A stretch of DNA of 64,000 nucleotides. It comes from Acanthaster planci. Taxonomy: Eukaryota. The first letter of the stretch is position 1; each line of letters starts with the position of its first letter. Where the stretch lies: assembly GCF_001949145.1 (NCBI RefSeq), contig NW_019091360.1, positions 2,477,599-2,541,598 on the forward strand, written 5' to 3'. A model generated the notes under the pieces. It was not told the origin of the DNA. It was given only the letters and a program-made list of their open reading frames with translations, and ran no database searches. Positions 37,801-49,400 of the stretch are shown here, piece after piece. The translations under genes and the position numbers were made by a program.

Positions 37801-39915
37801 TGCAAGTCGTGCCCTGCTGGAAGAATCGAAGGGACAAAGAAACGCTCACACATGCCACTCTGTCCATGATGTCATACCTAACAAGCCCACTGATTGCCCA
37901 GAATGCACTGGCAAGTTAATGTATAATTCCATGGAATACATGTATTAATTGAAATTTAGTTCCAGAAAAAAAGATTCACCTATTTGTCTCTCTTGAAATT
38001 CAGTCTATCATAGATTTATCACATATGTTATGTTGGCTTGTAGGCAACAAGCAGATGGCTAGCGAACCACAGCATTCTTCCTCATTTGTCAGCAGAGCAC
38101 GCCCTCACTACCAGCGTTACATCCCATCCCCTGCAGGTATGTACAGATTGTCCTAGCTACTAGACTGGATTCCCAAAACCAAAGTCTTGACTTCTTTTGT
38201 TGAGTTCATCAGAAAAAATACACCGCCATATGCTCCTCACATTGCCCCCTTAACCACCCTCAATGTTCACCACATTTGTAAATGGCATCTATACATCATG
38301 CTGAAAGTCCGAAAAATAGCATGCAGAGAAAGTGCACTGTTGGCTTAACTGAGTCCAAAAGGAGCAATTTCTTCTTTTTTTTCATACTTTATAATCTACA
38401 CAAGGAGATTACAATGGGAAGACCCCAGTGTGTTTGGTACTTCCACTGTCCTATCTAGAATTAGCGATGTGAACACCACTCAATAAAGCATTGTTTGTAT
38501 GGAAGACAAGTCATTTAATTATTGACAAAGTATTGCCAGTTTCTTTCAAGTGTATTATTTGAAAACAATGCAGTCTGTGAAGCTTTATTGATAGTGGCAT
38601 ATGCTAAACAATCAAACTCAGTCAAATGGAAATCTGGCGAATGCATCTGATACCTATATCTCTTTCAGTTGCTTCATTCAAAGTATGTGCACATCAGTGG
38701 GTGGTACAAACATGTTTCAAAATATTGTTTAATAACATGGAATTTCTTCCAAGACAATGTTGTCCGAGACAGGACCTTTCCAGTGCCTTTGTATACATGA
38801 ATTCCTGTCAGTGAAATATCATTACATGTAGACCCAAACTAGAGGTAAATTTCCATCTGCCCTTTATTAACCTATTTTATTTCTGAATGATACAGCATTG
38901 TCGTTCAACTTTGCAATGGATCAGTATCGGCCCATGGTCCGGAATATCAGAACCCCAGCCAGCTTGGAGATGCTTAATCACCGAACAAAACAAGACACCA
39001 ATCAACACAACAGTAGTTTGTATACAGGTGAGAAACTGTTTTTTTAGTGGTTAGTTCTAATTAATACGGGCGATTCACAGTAGTGCGCCACCAAGAGTTT
39101 GCAACGCGTTGGCCAATCATAACGTACGAAATTTGTCGACCCTTTCCAAATGCGCATTGGGTCGACAAATTTCGCGGGTTGCAAACTCTTGAGGGCGCAC
39201 TATTGTGAAGCGGCCGTATTCTATTCAGTGTGAATAGTAAGTCCAGCAGATTTTGAAAATGTGCACATCTACCAGTCGTTCAAACTTGGTCCGATGACAT
39301 GGAGACTCACTTAAAGTTGATATTCACTTCTTCAAAAAGGAAAAGATTTTACAAAAGAGTGAAGTGTAAATGGTTTTGTTGTCAATTTTCATTGGAATTC
39401 CATAAAGGCATAACCACTTACCAAATAATGAAAAGAAAATCATTACAACAGGTATGTTTTTCGAATACAGGTTTGTTCTAAAGGTTTTCAGGGGGGGGCT
39501 GGACCGATTGTCATAAAAGTCCTGTTTTACCAATTACGACTTGTCTTTGGTGAATTCACACAGTTGAATGCAAGGGAGTATGTGGATGATCTTTTAAGAA
39601 TAAGTGAGTTTTTACTCTTTTATATTCATTTTTCTTAGTAAGCCTCTGTACTGCCACACTTTTACCTGTATTTTCTATGGTGGCAATGGGGGCTCACAAT
39701 CCACTGAGCTCCATAGGAAAGCATGCATGTACATTTTTTTACAATTTACAAATGAATGTATTCATCAGGCCAGAGGCCTATTGGAAATTTTACTATTAAG
39801 ACTCAATAGCTGCATTGTTTCCTGTTGCTTTTCACTTTGTGCAGGTCCACAGAGGGCTGATTGTGAGCAGTCTCCTAAGAATGCAAGAAGCTTTTATTAC
39901 AATCACTGCAGTTAA
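19881..39915 (+). CDS. INVS: Inversin (ankyrin repeats + IQ motifs), 18 coding exons
   Basis: Phase-consistent GT-AG exons: 19881-20070, 21048-21214, 22305-22478, 23063-23128, 23685-23789, 24281-24391, 27286-27468, 28047-28215, 28594-28649, 29247-29346, 29875-29926, 30918-31095, 33185-33501, 34100-34903, 35348-35625, 38044-38136, 38896-39027, 39845-39915. The translation follows vertebrate inversin: VHAAAVNGDK, DQFGRTPLM..VLADRLEC, SNIGIPDVDGKTPLHWA, WQDYEGRT, DNMFRTPLHWAA, KHTPLFRAAEMGH, GRTPLQCASYGG, TPLDYALL, GALSI..IRDIAAIRIQAYFRGYRVRK..LLMKHEQLRKDAAK, IQRAW. The last three exons are supported by splice sites and phase only. Confidence 0.95.
20690..20872 (-). mobile_element. Degenerate tRNA-derived SINE relic
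   Basis: Similar to 5090-5255. The minus strand begins AGTGGCCTGTTGGTTAGG...GGTTCAACT, resembling Pol III A and B boxes. Confidence 0.45.
21231..21871. mobile_element. hAT-like MITE of the GACTTG-repeat family
   Basis: Ends CATTGTTGTCGACTTGA... and ...GACTTAGTTGAAACACTG, with clustered GACTTG/GACTCG subterminal repeats; same family as 44998-45392. The TSD is degenerate. Confidence 0.6.
24410..24945 (+). mobile_element. 3' end of an L2-type LINE in INVS intron 6
   Basis: LQKLQNNIAWII...HCYSSPLLQQLHWLPVQKRIIFK..VYKAL..PQYI is the L2 ORF2 C-terminus. The element ends GCGCATT...AATGCGCTGTATAAAT plus an AT-rich tail. Confidence 0.85.
26255..27245. mobile_element. PIF/Harbinger-type non-autonomous DNA transposon
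   Basis: TIRs GGGAGCATCTAAAAATCAGGAACATTC and (reverse complement) GGGAGCGTCTCATAATTCGGAACGTTC; TTA on both flanks (26252-26254, 27246-27248). Confidence 0.8.
29523..29629. repeat. 22-bp tandem repeat x5 (GTCATTTGAAAATAGCAATGRG)
   Basis: Directly visible; period 22. Confidence 0.95.
30052..30668. mobile_element. hAT-type MITE with an 8-bp TSD; its right TIR is split by a nested Tc1 MITE
   Basis: Left TIR CAGTGCTGTAGTCGAGACCA. The right TIR reconstructs as TGGTCTCCAC-TA-CAACGCTG. ATAAAAAC is duplicated at 30044-30051 and 30669-30676. Confidence 0.85.
30233..30658. mobile_element. Tc1/mariner-type MITE
   Basis: TIRs CAGTCATTTGCAAAAGTTTAGGACCA and TGGTCTTAAACTTCTGCAAATGACTG; TA on both flanks. 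Confidence 0.88.
31333..32725. mobile_element. Tc2/pogo-like (TcMar) non-autonomous DNA transposon
   Basis: Left end TA|CCTTAATTTTCGGAGTATAAGC; right end GCTTATATTCCAAAAATTACCG|TA; repeated subterminal TATAAGCCRCA motifs. Confidence 0.75.
35750..36906. mobile_element. Kolobok-type non-autonomous DNA transposon (TTAA TSD)
   Basis: TTAA|AGGTGGTGTACAC ... GTGTACACCACCT|TTAA: perfect 13-bp TIRs, and an interior richer in CpG than the host intron. Confidence 0.8.
36911..37330. mobile_element. GACTTG-family hAT-like MITE remnant (reverse orientation)
   Basis: Clustered CAAGTC repeats at 36911-36930 and 37200-37326. Confidence 0.55.
39063..39220. mobile_element. ~158-bp foldback (palindromic) MITE-like element
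   Basis: Outer arms AATACGGGCGATTCACAGTAGTGCGCCACCAAGAGTTTGCAAC and GTTGCAAACTCTTGAGGGCGCACTATTGTGAAGCGGCCGTATT; inner arms CGAAATTTGTCGACCC and GGGTCGACAAATTTCG. Confidence 0.8.
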
Positions 39916-41204
39916 TTTGAAATTTAGGCCCCATTTTGGTTATTTATTGGATTATGAATATAGCATGCAATTCTGCATTGTCGGAGGATAAATGAAAAAA
40001 CTCTCCAAGTTCCATTTACCCCCTGGAATGAACTTACCGAGGGTCGGAGGAGAAAAAAATAATCAAATTTAGTCCATTGTTTATTTTTCAAAGCACTTAA
40101 AAACCATCAGGAATAAATAGTGTTAATTTTGTTGTGTTTTGTTTTTGTTTTTTGTTTTTTTGGTGGGTTCATAATTCAACTTGTCCCCCGAAACTTGTTA
40201 GAAATTCTATATTTTAATATTTTTATATATTTATAAAATAATTACTGCCCTAGAGGTAGATGAATTGCCATATTTTATGAGGGCATTTTTTGTTTTCTTC
40301 CCTTAAACTGTAAAGAAAGATTGTTCATACAAATCTTTAAAAAATTTCTTCATTTTCTTCAAGTTCTTCCAAAAGTCATTATTTTCTTCGGACAGTACCT
40401 GACATGTACTGTAGTATATTTTCCATATATGTACATATATTCTTAATACTTTTAATGTGCCTTTCTAATTTACCCTTGGGAAAGATTTTTGTAATTTGTG
40501 ACTATTAAAGTAGTATCTTTTGAATAAACCTGATCTCGAACTGAAATGTAGCCTGTACTTGTATATAAATACGCTTGGCTTAAATAGAAAGCTCTCATTC
40601 AGTCTGCTTTTTAGTGTTCATGAAAATCTGTTTTGACTTATTTCTACTTTGATACCCTTCGCTGACGACGAAGAGATTGGCTGATGGGAAGATTTAAACT
40701 GGGCTGAGGATGTGCACAGTGCATGCACAAAAACTGTACATTATGGGAAATGCATTAGCTGCTATATTAGAATTTGGAATTTTTGTTGACCTGTTTTCTA
40801 AAATTTCCATCAGGCAGGTAAGTCTGGTTGTGACATTCAAATCCTGGTTCATTCATGGATTTCAAACCTTTGTAGGCTTTGCAGTGTCCAGGTGACGTGC
40901 AGTACTCTTTAGATGTGATTTTGTCACCGATGTGCACATATCGTACATGTACTTTTTGTAGCTGTACATGCAGTACAGGTATTAATCATTCCTTGTTATA
41001 TTCTTAGAACTACCCGAATTTGTTGCAACTTTTGTATCGTAAAAAGTCTACATGCAACCAAGTATTCTACCTATTAGAATTAAATTTCCAATTATACAAT
41101 TTGCTATTCCTGGATTTGTTACTGTGGTTTCATGAAGAAACACAGACTGTACATGTACCCTGAATATTCTGTTGCATACTTTAAGTGATACAAGTACAAA
41201 GCTG

Positions 41205-42080
41205 TGACTTCTGAGGGTAGATTTTGGAGAGAGTGGTAAGAAAGGCGGTAACCTCTGAGGCAGTATTGGACAGTGTCGAGTCAGGTAACACCTCTGAGGT
41301 TTGTTTTGGACACAGTGCTAAGTCAGGCAGTGACTTGAGGGTACATTTGGACAGAGCGCTGAAGCAGGCAATGCTCTCTGAAGGTAGATTTGGACGGCAT
41401 CTTAAGTCGGGCAGTGATCTCGGGTTTTGTTTTGGATAGAGTGCCAAGTTAGGCAGTGACCTCTAGGGGTAGATTTGGACGGTGTGCTAAGTATTAAAGG
41501 CAATGATGTCTGAGGTTTGTTTTGGACAGAGTGTTGAGTCAGGCAATGACGTCTGAGGTTTGTTTTGGACAGAGTGTTGAGTCACACAATGATGTCTGAG
41601 GTTTGTTTTGGACAGAATGGTGAGTCAGGCAATGACGTCTGAGGTTTNNNNNNNNNNNNNNNNNNNNNNNNNNNNNNNNNNNNNNNNNNNNNNNNNNNNN
41701 NNNNNNNNNNNNNNNNNNNNNNNNNNNNNNNNNNNNNNNNNNNNNNNNNNNNNNNNNNNNNNNNNNNNNNNNNNNNNNNNNNNNNNNNNNNNNNNNNNNN
41801 NNNNNNNNNNNNNNNNNNNNNNNNNNNNNNNNNNNNNNNNNNNNNNNNNNNNNNNNNNNNNNNNNNNNNNNNNNNNNNNNNNNNNNNNNNNNNNNNNNGT
41901 TTTGGACAGAGTGCTGAGTCAGGCAATGACGTCTGAGGTTTGTTTTGGACAGAATGGTGAGTCAGGCAATGACCTCTGAGGTTTGTTTCGGACAGAGTGC
42001 TAAGTCGGATAGTGACCTCTGAGGATAGATTTGGATAGCTTGCTCAGGCAGGCAGTGCTCTCTGAAGGTATATTTGAATA
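41205..42080. repeat. 43-bp minisatellite (TCTGAGGTTTGTTTTGGACAGAGTGTTGAGTCAGGCAATGACG)n spanning an assembly gap
   Basis: Units start at 41509 and 41552 (period 43) and continue either side; copies are more diverged at both edges. Confidence 0.95.
41648..41898. other. Assembly gap (N run)
   Basis: 251 N inside the minisatellite. Confidence 0.99.
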
Positions 42081-43786
42081 GTAAAGTCTCTGCGGATACA
42101 CAAATACATAGTAACTGGACTGAATTCATTTTTTGACCCAACAGTCATTTAATGCCAAATGCTGTCTGATGCAAAATAGTCACACTGCAATAATACTCCA
42201 GCAAATAATAAATAAAAGTAATACATTACATTTTGAATACAAAACAAAATAGTCAAATGTCGATGCCCTTGAACTTCCATGTGGTTACATGAGCAACTGC
42301 ATGGGTGCTTATTTACAACTATACATTTTTTCCCCGAATACATTAATTTCATTACTTTGAAAATGGTATCGAGGATACTTTTTTTATTGGTTGTGATAAT
42401 TACTGTCTTCATACTACATGATTTGTCTAGCTTCCTAATTCACAATCTCACTGCTCTTGCATAGATCAACTGTGTTTGGAAGATGGATGTTGACATATGG
42501 TCAAAGGTCTGAATGTCAGGACAAGTTCTGCTTAATAACATGTTAACCAGCTGCAGCACTTTACAAGACAAAGAATTCTCATGCACATATTTGTAAATGT
42601 ACTTGTATAAAGTTTAAAAGTTCTGTTAGGCAGTCTCACTCAGTACCTTCTCTGGGTAGTCTGAGGTATTTGTGATACCATTGAATGTTAACTGTTCCAC
42701 AAATGCTGCAAATGACATGCATGTGGTTGTCGCATGCTTTAATACAAGTTCATTCTGCTTTGTAGATTTTACTGAAAAACATTCATAAAATATGTTTACT
42801 TTTTATAGCACACAAACCAAGTTTTATCCTTGAATGACCTGCAGCAAGTTGCTGACGAGAAAAACACAAAACNCCCCCCCAATAAATGGTGGCACTGCAT
42901 TGAAACCAAATCGTAAAATGCTTAAAAGACATCCTATTTACCAATTTGGAAAAATAGGATGTGAACTAAAATGTAAACGGATGACAAAGTTGACTGATTG
43001 GTTTTGTGTATTTTTCTGTAAAGTGTTTCTGACATGTAAAATATTATTGTCATTGGTTCATTTATTCAATATTGCTTTCAGATGTACAAGAAACAGGTAT
43101 TTAACAGAAAGAAGTCACTGGATGTATTTGATGAAATTGTAACAAAATTTATTGGCACAGTTGTCCATGAAAGTGAACTGGACACTTCAGAATTTGAAGA
43201 AAAAATGTTCAGAGCGTGGTTGAAAATGCTGTTTCACATGAGTAAAAACATGTATACCACTGCAGCCACGGTTTTCTTAGAATAGATCGTCTCCTTGCAG
43301 ATTGTCCTTGACGCAAACAGAAATGGTTTAAAAGGATATATTGCAAAATGCCTCTTGAAGAATGTAATACTAATTGTGTGGTGATGTTACGCACTTTGAT
43401 GAGCACATCCTCAATACTGGATGATATGGTGTGTTACCACTGCTGGGCAAAGTCAATATCCTGCATTGGAAAGAAAAAAAAAGTTAGACACATCGATGAG
43501 GTAACATTTCAAAGGTCAGGACATTACTGTTCCCTCTGGAATGTTCCTTTACAGAACCCTGACACATTTCTCAGGGAACTTGCCATATTCCTGATGAGAA
43601 TGAACCATTCCTGAGGAAAGCGTGCAAAGGCGTTGACCACTGTTCCTGTTCTGGAATAGGTGTCATTCCCGGTAAGAATAGGGGATGCTCCCGATTTGAA
43701 GGAACCATGTTATAATTTCCTTTATCATTCCAATGTATGAGATCCTCTAACCAGTATATGATTACTTCCAGTGAGACTTTGCAAGG

Positions 43787-44895
43787 TCACAGACCAGGTT
43801 TCATAAGCTACGGTGTTACAAGTAAGCCATGTAAAAGTACATAAAGATAGTTAGTGATCAAAGCTACATTCCATTTAAGTTTTGGCATTAACTGAACCAT
43901 TTTCTCCAGTACATGTACTTGTACAATTCTAGTACTATTGGTAGAGTTTAGGCTGACTAGTTTATGCATTTGCTTAAACATAATCCAGCAAGTACCCTGA
44001 GTCTGAGATAGTGCACAGTAGCAATTCAGGGAATTGTCCCTAATCTTCTTAGCTGTGTGATAAGGCAGTCCCTAAAACTCTGACCAGCACCCACAAGTGA
44101 GGTTGAACATGAGTCAAGGAGTTGGCATACTTACATTATATCTTAGTTGTATCTTGGCATTGTGGTCTCCTTTAGTGGCGTTGTAAAACTCCTGTCGCCG
44201 TTGGGCATCCCTATTCTGATGGTACTCGCCTCGAGCGCACCGCCCGCTTTGACTTATCATTTTGCTCAGTTGCTTCTCATAACTCGATCCCTGCCTAGAT
44301 CGGTTCTCCTGCAACTCCCTCTGGTTCTGCTCTTGGAGAAGTCTGAGCTTTTCCTATTAAGTGGAACATTAACAAAGGAGGCATGCAGACATGCATTAAG
44401 GGTCTGTAAATTTCCAAACATAGGGTCAAGGGCTTGAATCCAGCAACAGGTGACATGTACATGCTATGACCTTGAAAAAGTAATTTCATTCCCATTTTGT
44501 CTCTCTACCAGCCAAAATGGGTGCCTGTGAAGGCAGAGATGGTTGTTGGGTTTGATGAGCTCTTTGAACCTTCAGTATAGAACCATTAAGCTTTACACTC
44601 CCCAGGGAGCTGAGATGGTTTCAGGAATATTCATGGGGCCAGTGAGCAGGAAGTAATAGCGATATAGCACTTTGAGCACGGGGAATTGTAGATATCTCCA
44701 ATTTAAAAAAGGGCTCGAGTTGCAATTCGAAAGAGATTTTCAGTGAAGGACCCTATTTCATGGCAATTTTCTTACGTGCTAGCTTTTTTCTACACCGAAG
44801 GTTTGAGAATAACATACCTTCCTTTCCAGTTCAAATTTATTCTTCTTGTCAATCACGCCCTGTTTCCTTTGAGCTTCCCAGTGCAAGGCAGACAT
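43787..44895 (-). CDS. Small spliced coiled-coil protein, 105 aa, with a CCDC200-like N-terminus
   Basis: Coding exons 44895-44818 (MSALHWEAQRKQGVIDKKNKFELERK|gtatgt; exon opens after ccaactccag at 44922), 44353-44135 (EKLRLLQEQNQRELQENRSRQ...KIQLRYN|gtaagt) and 43807-43787 (LMKPGL*). All junctions are phase 0 with GT-AG sites and no internal stops. A candidate non-coding exon 1 ends at 46296 (|gtaagt). Confidence 0.78.
44420..44700 (+). mobile_element. SINE relic (tRNA-like head; central block resembling Deu/Nin-domain SINEs)
   Basis: GGGCTTGAATCC is B-box-like, followed by ...GGCAGAGATGGTT...ACTCCCCAGGGAGCTGAGATGG... and a GCACTTTGAGCAC 3' part. Family assignment is from memory. Confidence 0.45.
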
Positions 44896-44997
44896 TGTGG
44901 CTTGCAACACCAAACACAAACTCTGGAGTTGGGAAGCGGTAGAAATTCGATAAACTTTTAAATATTGGCAAGAGTTCTATATTTGGCAACCACATAC

Positions 44998-45392
44998 CAG
45001 AGTTGCTGACTTGAGTCATGTGACTTGGACTCAAGTCGCTATTTTGTAACTTTTGACTTGACTTGTAAATACCAGCTTTGACTTGTGACTTGACTTGGAC
45101 TTGCAAAAAATGACTCATTACCAACCTAAGTCAGACGCTACTCAACTGGCCTCATATATTTTATAACTCATAACTTCATAAGTTGACGCCTGGTTCTTTT
45201 TGCTGATTAGTACAGCTGAACAAAATAATGTGCAGCTTGACTTGTACTTGGAGAAAGAGACTTGTGACTTGACTTGTGTTTAGACCAAATGACTAGTGAC
45301 TTGACTTGTTACTGGACCTAATGACTTGTGACTTGCATATAATGACTTGTGACTTAACTAAGACTTGCAAAAATGACTTACTGCCACCTCTT
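44998..45392. mobile_element. hAT-like MITE (GACTTG family) with an 8-bp TSD
   Basis: Starts CAGAGTTGCTGACTTGAGTC and ends GACTTACTGCCACCTCTT; CCACATAC is duplicated at 44990-44997 and 45393-45400. Confidence 0.8.
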
Positions 45393-45829
45393 CCACATAC
45401 TCCACCACACATAAATTCCACTATATATGCCCTATCTGCCTTGAGAAGAAGTACCCCCCTCATCAGTTGAAAAGAGCCATGTTGGTCAGGAGTTTTCATT
45501 TTGTTGGTAGCGACACGACTGTGGCGTGCATTTTATAATTGTTCTTGAACAGCCAAGTGCATGCAGTTCTGACCAAAGGAGCCTCTGTTGCTAGGAACAT
45601 TTGGATTTTCCCAGAGTAAAGTCCATTCAGCTTGGGAAAATCTTAAATTGTCAGAAGATAACTTTGCAGTGGCTATTGTTACAGAAGTTTAGACAGGTTT
45701 CAGTCTATGTTTTTACACCAGTCAATGTGTTGAAAAAAGGAACCTAACCAGTCTAAAACAAATTGATGTGGGACTTTATTTGCCTTAAAAATCCTCCAGG
45801 GGAATTTATCTACCAAAGAAAAACATGTA

Positions 45830-46217
45830 TAGAAACTAAACATGAGATGTGATTGAGCATTGAAAAAGCAGCGTTTGTCTAGTAGGGACTCCCATATACA
45901 CTAACGTACAGTCAAGATACAAACATGTAAAACACACAAGAACAAATATACATGTAATATTAACATAATGAAAAAAAAAACCTGCAGCCCCGTGGAATAA
46001 TCAATTACAAATATTTATTAAGTAAAAAAGTCTTAAACTTACGTTTAAATAGTGAGCGATTTGCTGTGTTTTTTAAAGAAGAATCTAATGTGCTCCACAG
46101 CTTGGGACCCTCGTGTTTAACTGTTTTAGATGAAAGTTTAGTACGCGAGTACGAGTGATGAAATTCGCTGCACTGTCGTGTGAAATGGTGATGAATTTGG
46201 TCATTTCTTATAAACAT
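45830..46217 (-). mobile_element. 3' end of a Crack/L2-like LINE related to 15745-17350
   Basis: FIRNDQIHHHFTRQ..FHHSYSRTKLSSKTVKHEGPKLWSTL...FKRKFKTFLL. The 3' UTR motif (plus-strand AAGCAG...GTAGGGA.TCCCAT) is also present at ~15870-15900. Confidence 0.8.
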
Positions 46218-46295
46218 TGAATTGATAAAGTCCTTAATTCATTCATACCAAGCTCAATATATCCTTCCAATAAGGCATAACTGGAAAATACTTAC

Positions 46296-46414
46296 AGGAT
46301 CTATGATACTTCAGGCAATTGACTTATAACTTGGAGACCTATCGTCTTCCGCAATCCGTTGCGTTATCGAGCAACCCAGCGAGGTATGTTGCTATAGTAA
46401 TTGACAGCGCCCTC
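46296..46414 (-). promoter_or_regulatory. Candidate promoter and non-coding first exon of the 105-aa gene, with an RFX X-box
   Basis: GTTGCTATAGTAAT at 46388-46401 is close to the X-box consensus GTTGCYATRGYAAC. It lies in a CpG-rich patch, with a minus-strand donor gtaagt at 46295-46290. Confidence 0.55.
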
Positions 46415-49400
46415 AATGTTCGCCTTAACTTTCAGTGTTATCTTTTCGCTAGCTGGCTCTCAATCGATCGAACGAACGCGTCCCGTCGTCCGTTTCGCAC
46501 AAAGTGTAAGGGGGGAGGATATTGACTATATTTGTTGTAATGCGTGTGAATGTTGACTAAGGGACAAAAAATACTGAGATGATAAAAACACTTTTTTCCC
46601 AATAAATAAGTACAGTCCCCTTTTACTTGGTGCACAGTGATCATTCCTTTCACATGGTATATGGAGCCATTTCCCATGAAGTGCAATTCATGTCTTAGTT
46701 GTAAGAGACAGGGATGTGCCCTTCCAGAAATCTGCATTTGTTCATGGCAGTGCCCAAATCCGTTGTAGGATTCATTTTTTTTTCTTTTGAGGGAATTCGT
46801 TCCTGAGTTCTGATGTAAGATCGCTGCCGGTGGAAGTAGCCATAATTTGTTAGCTTTTTGTGGTTTTTGTGAACATCTTTTACAGACTTGTGCTGTACTC
46901 AACAACTATATAACCAGATGTTCAGAGACTACATTGTATAACTTGAAAATTAGTTTCATGAAACATTTGCATTAGGATGTTTGGCCGACTGGAAATATAT
47001 ACATACGTGTATACACACGTGTAAGTTGCACTAATGTACACTAAAGTTGGGCCATAAATTACTGAGACAGCCTCCAAACTATCGTTGGCTTACTCCTATT
47101 CTGACCAAGATCATGACATGAGAAATTTCCAAAGTAGTACCTCCAAATGCAATGATTGCTTCTCAAACTAGCCGTGTTTATTTACTTACTGGGAACAACG
47201 AAGATACAATAATCAAACCGAAGTTATGACAGACCCTTTTCACTTTCATTCAGTCATGAACTGTACATCAACATATACGTACTTACACGCACCGAATCAT
47301 TAATCTGATCTGTCGACGTCTACTACCAACTTTAATACAGAGACTTATTGTATACACTGCCGGCTCACTTTAATGTACTAACTCTACCATCCTACAAAAT
47401 CCCTGAGGTTTTTTTTCATAAGTATGCCCTTATTTGTCTTTCAGTACATTTATACGTGTGTCAAAGGAATACATGATTGATTTCTATCAGTTGCAGCATC
47501 CTGAAAACAAATCGAAGAGCATCGATGTGTGCATACAGGCATATTTTGGTCATTTTCACTTCATTGGGCGAATTCGGGGATAGATCATTTATAAATAACG
47601 GAAAAGTTATCCGGGCACTGTTTAACTGAATTGAAACGGAGCCTTGGGACGTCGATGTTTCCATAATGTTCATTTCCTAGTGAGCATTCCAAAATGAAAG
47701 GGACTGGAAAATTTTTCATGGATTTCTTTTGGAACTACGGCTTTAAGGTTTATGTACAAACAATGACTAGCTATTGATATCATCTTGCTACAACCCGCAT
47801 GCCCCAGTCTGGAAATCCCTAAATCTGTTTAAAACACCCAAGTGCACATGCCACACCTTCACCGATGTATTTCAATAGGCTACACATGTACCCGTATTAC
47901 ATCGTCTTTTCTGTTTGCAATTGTCTTCCTTGTTTGGACTTCTATTAGTGCATATAATAAACTTCTCGTGCCACATGCTACAAAATGTTATTGACATTTT
48001 GAACAACGAATAATCTCTCCCCAAAGTCTCGGGATGTTACAGTTAAATGTACATAAATTTCAAAGTGAGGTAGTCAAAATGGTGGGTTGATATTACCTGG
48101 AGATAAAGTCTATATACATACAGTAACTTTAATGTTATCTTAATAAATCTTTATATATTTTTTCATATTCAAGTATACTGTACATGAGTTCTTCATGATG
48201 AAATGTGACTGAACCTGCGCAGTTTCTTTTGACATGTCACAAGCATACTCTTTGCAATAAAAGTTTAAAAGCAACGATAACCTGAATTACGAATAACGTT
48301 AACAGTGATAATTACAAAAAAAGGAAACAGCTGCAGTTGTTACTTAATTTATAAGAATTTACAATGGTGCCGCGGTAATTATAAAGCCATACTTCTACAC
48401 TATACCTCATATTTCAAATCTAAATAAATCTTGACTGATGATGTGTGGCGATGATACGTCTCGTCTTCACAGAGTGAACTTGTCCTAAGACGACAGTTCA
48501 AAATCTTACAAACGAAACACTCTTTAAGTACCAGCATACAACGCCTGGATAAAAACCAATTTCATTATGAGCGATGGTGTGTCGTTGACCATGTGCCACT
48601 GACTCGTTCATCCCAACGCACGGCACAGCCACATCGCAAAATAGAACTTCTATTCCACGGCAAATATAGAGAGTTCCATTCAACAAGAGATCCAGAGGTC
48701 GGAGTATATAGGTGCTTTCCAGAATTTTTCTCAGGCATTGTATAATACAAATAATGAATGTTTCATATTCGTGGTATGGAAAGGGTATTTTCATACGGTA
48801 AAATGTTCCATTCTACTCTTGCCACTACACCCATAAGCATCCAGAATTTGAAGTCCATCAGCTGACAAGACTCAGCCAGTTAACCAACCACTATACATGT
48901 ACATATAAGCACTGACTTAAAGTGTTTCACCCCAAGAAAAACATCAACTATCCTTTGGAACTCTTTGGCCTTTACACGTGGCAAGAAATTTAAAGGGTGC
49001 AGTATTACACACACCTTTCATATTTTCCAGGGAACAGGAGTATCTTAGGTACTGGCATAAGGATTCAGGTATACTTTCAAGCATGGAGGGAGCTCACAGT
49101 CACTTCGTGGTTTTCCTACCAACAGCGTGTTCTGTCTTCAAGGCACAACCCAGAAGATGGACAAATGCACGGGATACAAAATCAGATTGCCCACGAACAC
49201 GACACGAAACACATTAATTCAAGGGAATTTTTTTTCGGTATTCGAGTATTGATTTTCATATACGTGTTGTTGGACCAAATGCATGAAGCTACTATTAGTG
49301 GAAAATCCTCGAGAAAGCTTGATCATTAAAGCGGAAGAATTCACCTCGGAGCCAGTAACACAGAATGCGTGACGTAAAGGTAATCATCAACCTGTTTCTG

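Noticed and set aside
41205..42080. ORFs and a CRISPR-like appearance in the 43-bp array
   Set aside because: Head-to-tail tandem units without unique spacers; the ORFs are artefacts of the repeat and the N gap.
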